Shown: piece after piece, positions 1-10,949 of the stretch | Layout of the letters: each line of letters begins with the position of its first letter | Position numbering within the stretch: position 1 is the stretch's first letter | Notes under the pieces: model-generated | The model's input: the letters and a program-made list of their open reading frames with translations, nothing else | What the model was told of the DNA's origin: nothing | The model's database searches: none | IMG/VR virus record: IMGVR_UViG_3300029266_001112 | Span: 6,972-70,971 of that record | Direction: 5' to 3' (one strand) | Length of the DNA stretch: 64,000 bases | Source of the DNA: a virus | Program-made: the position numbers and the translations under genes

Positions 1-530
1 TTAAATTAGAAGATAGACGGGCACTGGCAAGAAATCTTTTACCACATAGTAGGGTTATTGATTTTTTCCAAGGTCTTGATCAATTTAATGGATATTCTTT
101 ACATGTTGCTGAAGGGATTTACCAACCAGGTCCCTCTGAAACGATAGAAAGTGGCAGCATTACTGACTTGAAACAAACTGGTAGAGCAATAGTTTATGAA
201 TTAATTTCTGTCACAAGGGGTGAAGTTGCACTAAGCAAAACTTATGATTTGGCAGTATATCTAAAAGATAACATTCAGTATGATAAGATGTCGTTATATT
301 ATGATAAACTAGATCCCGCTGGTTTGGCGCATCATGCTCAGATTGCAATAAGTGTTCCAGCAATTCCTTCAAATTATAAGGCGTTCTTTAAGATGGATTT
401 AGAAACATTATGGAATAACAATGTTTTGAGTTCAACTGATCTAGTGGAAGTACCCCAAGACGAAAATCAAAAAATGGCAGATTCAATGAATATTGTTGAC
501 GCCTATGGTGAGGATTATACATCAAGTTAA
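1..530 (+). CDS. 5'-truncated gene, probably the C-terminus of baseplate hub gp5
   Basis: The frame is open from position 3 (KLEDRRALARNLL...GRAIVYEL...), so the 168 start in the ORF track is internal. It lies directly upstream of gp25, where gp5 sits in T4-like marine phages. Confidence 0.45.
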   Translation, partial: KLEDRRALARNLLPHSRVIDFFQGLDQFNGYSLHVAEGIYQPGPSETIESGSITDLKQTGRAIVYELISVTRGEVALSKTYDLAVYLKDNIQYDKMSLYYDKLDPAGLAHHAQIAISVPAIPSNYKAFFKMDLETLWNNNVLSSTDLVEVPQDENQKMADSMNIVDAYGEDYTSS

Positions 531-540
531 GTGAAAACCT

Positions 541-548
541 TATAAATA
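541..548 (+). promoter_or_regulatory. T4-type late (gp55 sigma) promoter
   Basis: Exact TATAAATA in the intergenic gap before gp25. Confidence 0.85.
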
Positions 549-573
549 CTATAGAAAAACAAAGAGAAAATAA

Positions 574-1017
574 ATGGCAAAAAATTTATCACTTGAAGAC
601 AAAAATTTAGGAATATTATCTCAAATGACAGTATTGAGTAATTCCTCCTATAGTGATATTGATTTATCATTCACCAAAAGAAAAAACGGTGATATTTTCA
701 AAAAAAATGATGCAGCAGCAGTAAAACAAGCAGTAAAAAACCTTGTGCTGACAAATCACTACGAAAAACCATTTAATATGTTTTATGGTGGCAACGTAAC
801 GAGACTTTTATTTGATCTAGCAGATGACGTACATTCAGGTGAGGTAGAAACCCAAATAAAAGAAACTATTGAAAATTATGAACCAAGGGTGATAGTATTA
901 AACATATCTGCTAAAATAAAAGGTCAATATAATAGTTGCTCAGTAACTATTACTTTTCAAGTTATTAGTACTAAAGAAACGATTATATTAGAAACAGATA
1001 TTGCAAGGTTAAGATAA
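574..1017 (+). CDS. gp25: Baseplate wedge subunit gp25
   Basis: Motifs YSDIDLSF, AVKQAVKNLVLTNHYEKPF and IENYEPRV are typical of gp25; adjacent to gp6. Confidence 0.9.
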   Translation: MAKNLSLEDKNLGILSQMTVLSNSSYSDIDLSFTKRKNGDIFKKNDAAAVKQAVKNLVLTNHYEKPFNMFYGGNVTRLLFDLADDVHSGEVETQIKETIENYEPRVIVLNISAKIKGQYNSCSVTITFQVISTKETIILETDIARLR

Positions 1018-2835
1018 ATGGCAACAAATATTACATCGACTCAACTAGACTTCGATCAAATCAAATCGTCTTTAAAAACCTACTTTGCAAATAGTACTGA
1101 GTTTAGCGATTATGATTTTGAAACATCAGGGTTATCCAATATACTAGATGTTCTCGCATACAACACTCACTTCAATGGTTTGATAGCAAATCTTGCCACT
1201 AACGAATCTTTTTTAAACACCGCGCAACTGAGATCATCTGTGGTATCACATGCTGAAGGACTTGGTTATAGACCAAAATCGAGAAGTGCGTCCAAATCAA
1301 CAATAACTGGTTCTATAGATTTATCTGGAGTTGCTGGTAGACCATCAACAACAACATTACCTATAGGTACATCATTTTCAGCATCGAATGATACATCAAA
1401 TCACACATTCATTAGTAGAGAAGCAGTAACCGCAAATGACGTAAGTGGTCTCTATACATTTGCAGATATATTGGTTCATGAAGGTACACAAAAAACAAAG
1501 ACCTTTTTAGTGGATAGTTTATCATCAAATCAAACATATATTATTCCAGATGAGAATATAGACACAAGTACGCTTGATGTTAAAGTATTCAATAATCCAA
1601 CAACAAACGCCTACTCTACTTACACGTTTCTAGATGATGCAATTACAGTATCAGCAATAACCGAATACTATGATGTGAAAGAAGCACCAAACGGTCATTA
1701 TGAAATTAATTTTGGCGATGGAGTGTCCTTCGGCAAATCTCCACCTGTTGGTGGAAAAATATTGGTTACATACAATATAGTTTCTGGTCCAGATGCAAAT
1801 GGTTCTACAACCTTTTCTGCTGTGAGTACTTTGGCGGTAAATGGCGTCACTTATAATATTAGTGTTGGAAAACAAATAGCGTCACATTCTGGAACAAATA
1901 GACAATCAATTGATCAAATTAAAAAACTGGCACCAATTCAATTTTCTTCTCAGCAGAGATTGGTAACACCATTAGATTATAAAGGTATGATACTATCAAA
2001 GTTTCCTAACGCAACGGACGCAGCAGTTTGGGGCGGTGAGCAAAATGTTCCAAAAGATTATGGAAAAGTGTATATGTCACTAAAGTTCCCAGAAGGAACA
2101 ACGGATGCAGTAAAAACATCTACTTATGATCAAATAAAAACTTCATTTACTGATAATTTATCTATCATGTCTATAGACAACGTATTTGTAGAACCACAGA
2201 TAACATATATCGAAACGACCACAGAATTTTATTATAATGATGGGTTAACTTCATCCACATTATCAACCTTAGAAACTTTAGTTGATAGTTATATTTCTAC
2301 ATACTTTTCAACTAATTTGGGCAAATTTGAAAGTAAATTTAGAAGGTCTCCACTGCTAACAGGTATTGACATTGTTGACCGTTCTATATTATCATCTAAG
2401 ATGGATATCAAAATCCAGCAAAGATTTTCACCAACTTTAGGAACTAGTAAATCATATAGCATAAATTTCCCAGTTGCTATTGCTGCTTTCAACGGCACTT
2501 CACATACCATAACATCTTCGGGATTTACATATAGAGGCAGTTCTTGTATTTTTAGAAATAAATTATCATCAAATGCGATAGAAATTTTTGTTCCTTCTAC
2601 TGGAACTGTACTTGAAACTGGAATAGGTTCGTATGATAATATTAACGGAATACTCATACTTAATACCTTTGCGCCAACTACTATTGTTGGTGGTTTGGCA
2701 GAAATAAAGGTCTCAGCAGTTCCACAAAACCAAGCAGTCGTTTCTCCTTTAAGAAATTATATACTTACATTAGATGGTGGCGCATCACGATCTTATGGTA
2801 ATATAGAACATACAGATCAAAAGATAGTATTGTAA
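1018..2835 (+). CDS. gp6: Baseplate wedge subunit gp6
   Basis: Motifs LDFDQIKSSLK, FSDYDFETSGLSNILDVLAYNTH, NESFLNTAQLRSSVVSHA, FGDGVSFGK and QQRLVTPLDY. Confidence 0.93.
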   Translation: MATNITSTQLDFDQIKSSLKTYFANSTEFSDYDFETSGLSNILDVLAYNTHFNGLIANLATNESFLNTAQLRSSVVSHAEGLGYRPKSRSASKSTITGSIDLSGVAGRPSTTTLPIGTSFSASNDTSNHTFISREAVTANDVSGLYTFADILVHEGTQKTKTFLVDSLSSNQTYIIPDENIDTSTLDVKVFNNPTTNAYSTYTFLDDAITVSAITEYYDVKEAPNGHYEINFGDGVSFGKSPPVGGKILVTYNIVSGPDANGSTTFSAVSTLAVNGVTYNISVGKQIASHSGTNRQSIDQIKKLAPIQFSSQQRLVTPLDYKGMILSKFPNATDAAVWGGEQNVPKDYGKVYMSLKFPEGTTDAVKTSTYDQIKTSFTDNLSIMSIDNVFVEPQITYIETTTEFYYNDGLTSSTLSTLETLVDSYISTYFSTNLGKFESKFRRSPLLTGIDIVDRSILSSKMDIKIQQRFSPTLGTSKSYSINFPVAIAAFNGTSHTITSSGFTYRGSSCIFRNKLSSNAIEIFVPSTGTVLETGIGSYDNINGILILNTFAPTTIVGGLAEIKVSAVPQNQAVVSPLRNYILTLDGGASRSYGNIEHTDQKIVL

Positions 2836-2836
2836 A

Positions 2837-4042
2837 ATGAAAGAAAATCGAATAGATCAAACTGTAAATTCTACTCTGGTATCGGATATTCTGCCAGAAC
2901 ATTTTGCTGCGGATTACCCAAATCTTATAACATTTATAGAGACCTATTATAATTACATGGACTCCGATGGTCAATTCAATGATGTTATTAAGGATTTGTA
3001 TGATATTAGGGACATAGGAACTACTAAACTTTCATATATCGATAATATGTTTGAAGAATTTGCCTTGGGTATGGGTCAAGAATTTTTTAATGAACCAAGG
3101 GAAGTACTAAGAAATTTTGCTAAATTCTTCAGAGTCAAAGGTTCTTTGTATTCGGCAAAAGGATTTTTCAGATCATTTTATAATGATACCACCTCTGAGA
3201 TAATCTACCCTAAAAAAGATTTATTCATGGTTGGAGATAGTGCTTCAGAAATTGGACCACAATCTACAAAAGTAATTCAAGATGGTGGTGTTTATCAAGT
3301 CTTGTCGGTTCTTATTAAATCTAAAACTTCTCTTGGTGAGTATGAAGACTTCTATAGAAAATTTGTACACCCAGCAGGATTTCATCTTGCAGCAGAAATG
3401 CAGATAGATACCAATAATTCGGTCACCATAAAGTCTGAAACACCAACACCATTAGTTGATCCTGACCTAGCAATAGAAAATTCTCATCATTTTTCTATGG
3501 AACACATTCCTCTAGATTGCACTACATTAGTTCCATCTGGAAATGTCGTAATCATAGAAGCAAGTCCTTCTGGCGTTTTCAACAATTCTGCTGTTCTGGA
3601 ACTTGATGATTCATCTGGGCAACTGGAATGGGGTTTATCATATGACGCATCTATTGGTAACATGTATGGTCCAACAGGATTGGATGCAAGTCTTATCACT
3701 ATCGAAAGAGTAAATAGTACCCCTTTGTCAGAAATAAAATCTTCTATAGATTCTGATTACTATGGTGCTTCGCGGCATATTAGAAATTATAATCAAGATA
3801 GTTGTGATCTCAATGCATTAACTGTCAGTAATTTCTGTTTTCAATTTAATGCAGCACTTGCCCCATACGATAGTGTTGGAAATTCTATTAATTTTCCAGC
3901 ACACAGATATAGAACAATTAAAGAGTTTTGTGACTGTAAACCTAATTCTAACTATATAAATACCAAGTACAGTATAGGTTCATCTCTTATAAGCGATATT
4001 AAGGGAAAGACGATACAAGAAACTAAGGACGCTTTAATCTAA
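2837..4042 (+). CDS. Baseplate wedge protein (gp7-like, short)
   Basis: Motifs LPEHF..DYPNLITFIETYY, FFRVKGS and KFVHPAGF; lies between gp6 and gp8. Confidence 0.65.
   Translation: MKENRIDQTVNSTLVSDILPEHFAADYPNLITFIETYYNYMDSDGQFNDVIKDLYDIRDIGTTKLSYIDNMFEEFALGMGQEFFNEPREVLRNFAKFFRVKGSLYSAKGFFRSFYNDTTSEIIYPKKDLFMVGDSASEIGPQSTKVIQDGGVYQVLSVLIKSKTSLGEYEDFYRKFVHPAGFHLAAEMQIDTNNSVTIKSETPTPLVDPDLAIENSHHFSMEHIPLDCTTLVPSGNVVIIEASPSGVFNNSAVLELDDSSGQLEWGLSYDASIGNMYGPTGLDASLITIERVNSTPLSEIKSSIDSDYYGASRHIRNYNQDSCDLNALTVSNFCFQFNAALAPYDSVGNSINFPAHRYRTIKEFCDCKPNSNYINTKYSIGSSLISDIKGKTIQETKDALI
3955..3962 (+). promoter_or_regulatory. T4-type late promoter for gp8 (inside the end of the upstream gene)
   Basis: TATAAATA ~95 nt upstream of the 4056 ATG. 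Confidence 0.65.
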
Positions 4043-4055
4043 AGTAGGGAATAAC

Positions 4056-5432
4056 ATGGCATCAATTGTAACTGAAGCACTCAAGCAAGAACTAATTCAA
4101 CCAGTGTTGAAAAATATTACTACTGGTGTTAGTCCATCTTTTTATCTGGGACTATCCAAATCACAATCATGGGAGAATGGTTCTGATTCTGCCCCAGCAC
4201 CAAGAACTGATGTTGATGAGGAAAATGATTTTCGTCGAGGATTACAAAGCGTAATCAAAATAAATTCTGCCTCTCTTGTTGTTAAGAAACAAAATTGGGT
4301 CAGTGGTGTAACGTATGCTCAGTATGATGACCGTAGGACCATGAGTCAATATGATTCCGATGGTATCCCATATTATATTATGACTGATGCTCAAGATGTT
4401 TATATGTGTTTAGTAACTGGTAGAAATGCTGCTGGTGCAACCGTCCCATCTATTGTAAAACCATCTGGACAGAATACCCATATTTTTGGAACATCTGATG
4501 GTTATAGATGGAAATTTTTATACAGTGTGTCTCCTTTAGAAGCAAACTATCATATGACTCAAGATTGGATGCCTGTACGATACATTGAAAGTGTCGATTC
4601 AAATTCAACTGGAGCGGAAAATAAACAAAATTCTGTTCAATTAAGCGCACGGCGTAGTGAAATCACATCATTTATTGTGGATAGCGGTGGTCTAGGATTT
4701 ACAGACTCTTGTAAGATAAAAGTTAATGGTGTGATTGATGCCACCATTTTAGTTACAACTGCTGCTGGGGTAATAAAGAATGTATTGTTTGCATCTGATT
4801 CTAGCACATTCCATACAAGATCGGACCTTGACGGTGCATTGATAACTACTGTACATGCTGGAGGAACGACAGCATCTATCAGACCAGTGCTTTCAAACTC
4901 AATGGGTATCGGTGGAAATGCTGCTGTAGACTTACGTGCCAAATCTATAATGATAAATTCTAAAATTACTGGAGGTCAATCAGACTTTATAACAGGACAA
5001 GACTTTAGGCAAGTTGGAATTATTAAAAATATGAAAGATTCCCATGGATCAACTGGTAAATTTTTCACAGATAATTCTGGAAATGCGTTACATCAAATGA
5101 AAGTAACACCAAGTGTTGCATTTACAAAAGATACCTATATAGTAGGTGCCACAAGTGGCGCAAGAGCGTTTCTTGATAATGCTGTTGATAGTAATTTATT
5201 TTATCATCAGTTTGATTCAACTGGATATGTGGCGTTTGTTGCTGGAGAAACTGTTAGTGAAGATGGCGCATCTGGCACTGGAGTTATCTCTGCTAGTTCT
5301 GCTAAAATTAAACCAGAAGTTCACCCAAGGTCTGGTAATATTCTATACATAGATAATAGGGCAGCAGTGCAAAGAGTTGCCAATCAAACTGAAGATATTA
5401 AAATAGTTATTAAACTAGACAATTGTACTTGA
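4056..5432 (+). CDS. gp8: Baseplate wedge subunit gp8
   Basis: Motifs NWVSGVTYAQYDD, DGYRWKFLYSV, QDFRQVGII and SGNILYIDNRAAVQRVANQTEDIKIVI. Confidence 0.9.
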   Translation: MASIVTEALKQELIQPVLKNITTGVSPSFYLGLSKSQSWENGSDSAPAPRTDVDEENDFRRGLQSVIKINSASLVVKKQNWVSGVTYAQYDDRRTMSQYDSDGIPYYIMTDAQDVYMCLVTGRNAAGATVPSIVKPSGQNTHIFGTSDGYRWKFLYSVSPLEANYHMTQDWMPVRYIESVDSNSTGAENKQNSVQLSARRSEITSFIVDSGGLGFTDSCKIKVNGVIDATILVTTAAGVIKNVLFASDSSTFHTRSDLDGALITTVHAGGTTASIRPVLSNSMGIGGNAAVDLRAKSIMINSKITGGQSDFITGQDFRQVGIIKNMKDSHGSTGKFFTDNSGNALHQMKVTPSVAFTKDTYIVGATSGARAFLDNAVDSNLFYHQFDSTGYVAFVAGETVSEDGASGTGVISASSAKIKPEVHPRSGNILYIDNRAAVQRVANQTEDIKIVIKLDNCT

Positions 5433-5447
5433 TAGAAAGAAACTATA

Positions 5448-6401
5448 ATGGTTAAGACATTCACCACAAATACTTTTGCAAATGTTTATAGGGATGACTA
5501 CGATGAAGATAAAAGTTTTCAACGTATCCTCTTTAACAATAAAAAAGCATTACAAGCAAGAGAACTGACCCAACTCCAAACGATTATCCAAGAAGGGGTC
5601 AATCGCTTCGGTAAAAACATCTTCAAAGAAGGTGCGGCGGTATCTGCTGGTGGTGTTGCTATCAATAATAGATATAGATTTATCAAATTAAATACGTCTG
5701 TAAACACATTACCAGCATCTCCAGATAATTTAGTTGGAAAATCTTTTGTAGGACAAACTTCTGGGGTCACTGTACAAATATTGCAAGTTGTTATAGCAGT
5801 ATCACCAGACCCTGCAACATTATATGTTCAATATACAAATACTCTTAGTGCAACATCTTCGACTGAAACGATAAATGTTACTCCTGGTGAAGAACTTGTG
5901 GAGAATAATGGATCGACTCGTCTTATTGTTCAAACTACTAATACTACTCTTAATCCTTCATTCGGATATGGTACAAAATTCTCAGCGGGCAATCAAGACT
6001 TCTTTACACAAGGATTTTTTGTTCATGCCGCACAGCAAGAAATAATAATTTCAAAATACACCAACAATATTACAAAAGTGGTTGGATTTCAAGTAGTCCA
6101 AGATATCGTCACAGTAGACGATGATAACACTTTATATGATAATCAAGGAAGTTTGCCAAATCAGACTGCACCTGGTGCTGATCGTTTTAGAATTAGACTA
6201 GTCCTTACAACTCAAGACCTCATCACATCTGGTCAGACGTTTGTGTATGTTGCAAATATCGTAGATTCAAAGATAGCGGAAAGAGTTACTGGATTGGATC
6301 AATATAATTTAGTAAATGATTTAATGGCAGTCAGGACAAATGATGAGTCGGGAGATTATACAGTTACACCATTTTTCATCAGATTCGAGGATAGCGCATA
6401 A
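5448..6401 (+). CDS. Large baseplate/virion structural protein, N-terminal part
   Basis: YRDDYDEDKSFQRILF..ALQARELTQLQTIIQ, APGADRFRI and RTNDESGDYTV match the N-terminus of the large virion protein that follows gp8 in cyanophage-like genomes. Confidence 0.75.
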   Translation: MVKTFTTNTFANVYRDDYDEDKSFQRILFNNKKALQARELTQLQTIIQEGVNRFGKNIFKEGAAVSAGGVAINNRYRFIKLNTSVNTLPASPDNLVGKSFVGQTSGVTVQILQVVIAVSPDPATLYVQYTNTLSATSSTETINVTPGEELVENNGSTRLIVQTTNTTLNPSFGYGTKFSAGNQDFFTQGFFVHAAQQEIIISKYTNNITKVVGFQVVQDIVTVDDDNTLYDNQGSLPNQTAPGADRFRIRLVLTTQDLITSGQTFVYVANIVDSKIAERVTGLDQYNLVNDLMAVRTNDESGDYTVTPFFIRFEDSA

Positions 6402-9400
6402 TGGCGAATATTAAATTAAGGGTTTCCCCTGGTAAAGCATATGTTAATGGTTATAAGATACAAAAAAATCTTCCAACATTTTTATCTGTAAGCAAATCAA
6501 CTACATCAGAAACTATTACAAACGATACGATTGGCGCTGCATACGGGCATTATATTTTGGTATCAGTTGGTGGTCTTCAGAGTATTCCAAACATAACCAA
6601 TCTTGGTGTTGTTAATATCAAAAACGGTGTCGGACAGTCTGGCGTTCAAGTTGGTACTTGCAGAATTAGGGCAGTTGAGAAATATAGCGCATTGGTAGAT
6701 GCTGCTGGCGATGCCGTTGTTGCATATAAACTTTATATTTTTGATATTGTAATGAGTTCTGGTAAGTTTTTCTCTACTGATGCAAAAAGTATTGGTTTGA
6801 CAACAACAGATTTTGCTAACATATATCAAGAAAATTCTAGATCAATAATTCATGGCGCACATAACAAAGGTCTCATTTTCTCCACTGCCAATCCAAGGGC
6901 AAAGAATGTAACAAATCTTTCACTATATCAACAAAAAAGATTTTCGGCAACTCTTTCAGCAGGAGCGACATCATTAACATTTTCTTGTTCTGCTGGTGAA
7001 GTTTTTGTTCATCTTGATGATTGGATTGTTGCAAATGGCAACGGTACTATTCAAACCAATGGTGTAACTGCTGGAAGTCTTAATACGACATCAGCAACTG
7101 TCAACAGTCTAGTTGCACAAGATGTAGCATCAGACGAAACTTTTACAATTATTGCATACGTATATAAAGCAAGTGCAAATTTGGCATCAAAAACAAAACA
7201 AGTCGGTACAAGAAATTATACTGTTGCTTGGACACCAGGTGCTACTGACGTAGTTGTCGATTTAAATGAAGTTGATATTATATCTGTATCAGAAATTAGA
7301 TATGCTGACGCCACTGGAGACATCATTACTGATAAGTTTGTAGTCGATAATGGACAAAGAGATGCTTTCTATGAAACAGGAAAGTTGCGCTTAAAGAATG
7401 GCAACTCCTTAAATAATACCACCATTTGGGTAGTATTTACATATTTTGAGCATGGTCAAGGCGATTATTTTGCTCCGAATTCTTATGTTGGTGCTGGAGT
7501 TACTTATTCAAATGTTCCAACATATGTCATGGAAAACGGTTTAGAAATTGATTTGAAAGATGCTGTCGATTTGAGACCATCTAAAGGTCAAACAGGTAAT
7601 AACTTTTCACATTCATCTGCTAGAGTTCCACCAATCGTTAAACCAACATCTATTATGACAGGAGATATTGAATATTACCTTCCAAGATATGATAAATTGA
7701 TTATTCAACAATCTGGACAATTTAAGTATGTTGAAGGAACACCATCATTCGACCCTAAGTTTCCAGACGTACCTACAAATTCTATGGAAATATATCGCGT
7801 AAGACTAAACCCATATACTTTGAGTAATAAAGATTTATCGTTTAGTATGATCGAAAATAAAAGATATACTATGAGAGATATTGGAAAAATTGATAAGAGG
7901 GTGGATGATTTAGAAGAACAAGTAACACTTTCACTACTTGAGGTCGATACCAAGAATATTCAAGTATTTGATGAAAATGGTAATCCAAGAACTAAAACTG
8001 GTTTTATCGCAGATAATTTTTCAGATCAAAGTCACATAGATGTAAACAATCAAGAATATAGGGCATCAATTGACCCGCAAGAACAATTTGCAAGACCCAA
8101 ATACAGTGCTAATAATATTGGTTTGTTTTATGATGATGCACTTTCAACTGGAACCACAATTGTAGGCGATAGTGTTTATTTAGATTATGTTGATTCAGAT
8201 TATATGGAGCAAAGTCTAGCATCTGGCACAGAAAATGTCAACCCATTTATGATCATGGGATTTAGGGGTCATATTAAAATGTCTCCCGCAAGTGATGATT
8301 GGAAAGAAATTGAATACCTTGCTGATAATATAATTGATAATGGGTCAAGACTTAATACTGATGCAGCAGTCCTTTGGAACGAATGGGAATGGAATTGGGG
8401 CGGTTCAGACTTAAATGGTCTTGAAATTGGCGCTGAAATATCCCAAGCAAGAGTTACAAGTGAAGACCCATTTACTGATGTAAGTCAATTCACTACTCGT
8501 AGTGGTGCATTTGGTACTAGTCGTAGACGTTGGAATAGAACCACCACAGGCGTTAATAGAACTACAAGCACTGTTGTAAATAGGATTGTTGGCAGTAGCA
8601 CTATCAATGAAGTTGTTGGTGATAGACTTGTCCAATGGGCGTTCATCTCATTTATGAGATCAAAAATGGTTTTCTTCAAAGCATCTGGTGTTCAAGCGAA
8701 TACTGAAATGTTTGCATTTTTCGATGGTGTTTCAATTGCGGATTGGGTTAAACAAGAAAGTTTCTTTTCTTATAACTCGCATAAACAAACTGAGTATGGA
8801 AACACTCAACTCAATGCCACGGCACATCCAAATACTAAATCTAAATTATATAGTGATGGAAATGGTCAACTTGAAGGATCGTTCTTTATCCCAAATACTG
8901 ATGCCATCAGATTTAAAACTGGTACATTAGAATTTAAATTAACAGATATCACAAGTATAGACGATAGTAAAGCGATAACCACTGCTTCTAGCGTATTTAC
9001 TTCTACTGGCGTATTGGACACCCGACAAGAAGATGTTGAAAGTACTAGAATATTAGAAGTTGTCGGCACAAGTCTTGAAACAGTTAATAGGGAAGTCACT
9101 TCGGTAAATACTACAAGAGTTGATCCTCTTGCCCAATCCTTTACAATTCACGAAGAAACTGGGGTATTTGTTACCAAATTAACATTGTATTTCAAACAGA
9201 AAAGCACCACTGATCCAGTTTGGGTTCAAATAAGACCAATGGTAAATGGGTATCCATCTTCGGATGTCATTGTACCTAGTTCGCAAAAATTATTAGCATC
9301 TTCACAAGTCTCAGTAAGTGCAGATGCTACTGTTGGTACAGTATTTACATTTGAAGAACCAATTTACCTAAAGGGTAATCAAACAGATTATTGTGTAGTT

Positions 9401-10738
9401 TGTCTAACAAATAATACTGATTATTTACTCTACACGGCAAAAGTTGGTGAGTTTGTTTTAGGAACCACAGAAGCAAAAATCAATAGACAACCATTCTTAG
9501 GTTCGTTGTTTAAATCTCAAAATAGTACAACTTGGGAAGCAGCACAATGGGAAGATATGAAATTCAAGTTAGAAAGAGCATCCTTCTCCACAACTGGTGG
9601 TATTGCTACTCTTAAAAATGCTAATGTACCTTTGAAACTTTTAAAGTCTAATCCTATTACGCTCTTTGCAAAAGGCGCACCCATAACTGCTGTTGATAAG
9701 ACAACGGTTAAGGTAAATGCTCCTAATCATGGATTGGTTGTTTCTGATAGTGTTATTATACAAGGTGTCGTAAACGGGTTATATGGTACTGCTATCAATA
9801 ATTCTGGAACAGCACATACGGTTACAGAGGTTGATGCTAATAGTTTCGCTTTTGTATCTTCTGCTAGTGCAATAACAACAAAAGCAGCAACTGCATCAAA
9901 TGCGGTTCCTTTAAGTCCAGTTATAACTGGTGGAGTTGGTGTAACAATAACACAGCAATATGCTTATAATCTAGCATGGCCAAATATTGAAACATTATCT
10001 CCAATTGGATCAGCAATCAACTTCACACATTCTGGTATCAGTGGTAAATCTCTTGCTGGTGCAGAATCTCCATATGTACAATATTCAACACCAACGGCAT
10101 TTATACCAAAAACTAATAACTATTATGCCTCACCAAGATCGATTGCAAACACAACCAGAGAGGGTTCTATGGGTCATTCATCACTTCTTGTGTATGGCAA
10201 TATGAACACGACATCTAATTTTGTTTCCCCACAGATCGATATACAAAGGGCATCTGTTAATCTGATAGAAAACCTTATTGATAAACCCACACCCACAAGT
10301 GCTGGTGCTGCAAATCAAATCGTTCTTGATATTGCAACATCTGGATATGAAACGTACAAACCAGAAACTGATCCACTTAATGGTTCAGCAGGATCGAAGC
10401 ATATTACAAAATCTGTTCGGTTGTTATCAGCAGCAAATGGATTAAAAGTTTTTGCTGGTATCAATAGACCGTCTGTTTGTGGTGTTGATTTATACTACAA
10501 AGCAGAAATGGGTGATATTGAGTTTGATAGCGTTCCTTGGGTCTTGGCACCAGTAGATACTAAAATGCCAAGTGATGATGATGTTAGCACTTTCAGAGAA
10601 TATATCTATACTATAGGTGGTGATACTGGAACAATGCCAGACTTCACTAAATTTAAACTAAAAATAGTTATGACCTCAACAAATAGTTCTAAAGTACCCG
10701 CGATAAGAGATTTACGTGCAATAAGTTTAGGTGATTAA
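6401..10738 (+). CDS. Large baseplate/virion structural protein (DUF4815-like), C-terminal part
   Basis: Motifs VSPGKAYVNGY, DNGQRDAFY, YYLPRYDKL, NKRYTMRDIGKIDKRV, DPLAQSF, GSLFKSQNSTTW and PAIRDLRAISL; TAATG stop/start overlap with a GAGGA SD. Confidence 0.8.
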   Translation: MANIKLRVSPGKAYVNGYKIQKNLPTFLSVSKSTTSETITNDTIGAAYGHYILVSVGGLQSIPNITNLGVVNIKNGVGQSGVQVGTCRIRAVEKYSALVDAAGDAVVAYKLYIFDIVMSSGKFFSTDAKSIGLTTTDFANIYQENSRSIIHGAHNKGLIFSTANPRAKNVTNLSLYQQKRFSATLSAGATSLTFSCSAGEVFVHLDDWIVANGNGTIQTNGVTAGSLNTTSATVNSLVAQDVASDETFTIIAYVYKASANLASKTKQVGTRNYTVAWTPGATDVVVDLNEVDIISVSEIRYADATGDIITDKFVVDNGQRDAFYETGKLRLKNGNSLNNTTIWVVFTYFEHGQGDYFAPNSYVGAGVTYSNVPTYVMENGLEIDLKDAVDLRPSKGQTGNNFSHSSARVPPIVKPTSIMTGDIEYYLPRYDKLIIQQSGQFKYVEGTPSFDPKFPDVPTNSMEIYRVRLNPYTLSNKDLSFSMIENKRYTMRDIGKIDKRVDDLEEQVTLSLLEVDTKNIQVFDENGNPRTKTGFIADNFSDQSHIDVNNQEYRASIDPQEQFARPKYSANNIGLFYDDALSTGTTIVGDSVYLDYVDSDYMEQSLASGTENVNPFMIMGFRGHIKMSPASDDWKEIEYLADNIIDNGSRLNTDAAVLWNEWEWNWGGSDLNGLEIGAEISQARVTSEDPFTDVSQFTTRSGAFGTSRRRWNRTTTGVNRTTSTVVNRIVGSSTINEVVGDRLVQWAFISFMRSKMVFFKASGVQANTEMFAFFDGVSIADWVKQESFFSYNSHKQTEYGNTQLNATAHPNTKSKLYSDGNGQLEGSFFIPNTDAIRFKTGTLEFKLTDITSIDDSKAITTASSVFTSTGVLDTRQEDVESTRILEVVGTSLETVNREVTSVNTTRVDPLAQSFTIHEETGVFVTKLTLYFKQKSTTDPVWVQIRPMVNGYPSSDVIVPSSQKLLASSQVSVSADATVGTVFTFEEPIYLKGNQTDYCVVCLTNNTDYLLYTAKVGEFVLGTTEAKINRQPFLGSLFKSQNSTTWEAAQWEDMKFKLERASFSTTGGIATLKNANVPLKLLKSNPITLFAKGAPITAVDKTTVKVNAPNHGLVVSDSVIIQGVVNGLYGTAINNSGTAHTVTEVDANSFAFVSSASAITTKAATASNAVPLSPVITGGVGVTITQQYAYNLAWPNIETLSPIGSAINFTHSGISGKSLAGAESPYVQYSTPTAFIPKTNNYYASPRSIANTTREGSMGHSSLLVYGNMNTTSNFVSPQIDIQRASVNLIENLIDKPTPTSAGAANQIVLDIATSGYETYKPETDPLNGSAGSKHITKSVRLLSAANGLKVFAGINRPSVCGVDLYYKAEMGDIEFDSVPWVLAPVDTKMPSDDDVSTFREYIYTIGGDTGTMPDFTKFKLKIVMTSTNSSKVPAIRDLRAISLGD

Positions 10739-10949
10739 TATGCTATTTTCTAAAATCCAAGGTGAACAAAATTATGTCAAAGACCTAGAATCTGGTGCCA
10801 TAGTTAATAATGATATTACGGAAATTCAAAAGTCCAAGATGAGAAAACAAAAAATGCGAGAAGAAAAAGAAGAATTTCAAGTATTAAAATCAGAAGTAGC
10901 AGATATGAAAAGTTTGCTCGTAGAAATTTCCAGAAAGTTAGGTGACTAA
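10731..10949 (+). CDS. Small conserved phage protein with coiled-coil C-terminus
   Basis: VKDLESGAIVN motif and EFQVLKSEVADMKSLL; coupled to both neighbours; true start may be ATG 10740. Confidence 0.65.
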   Translation: MINMLFSKIQGEQNYVKDLESGAIVNNDITEIQKSKMRKQKMREEKEEFQVLKSEVADMKSLLVEISRKLGD

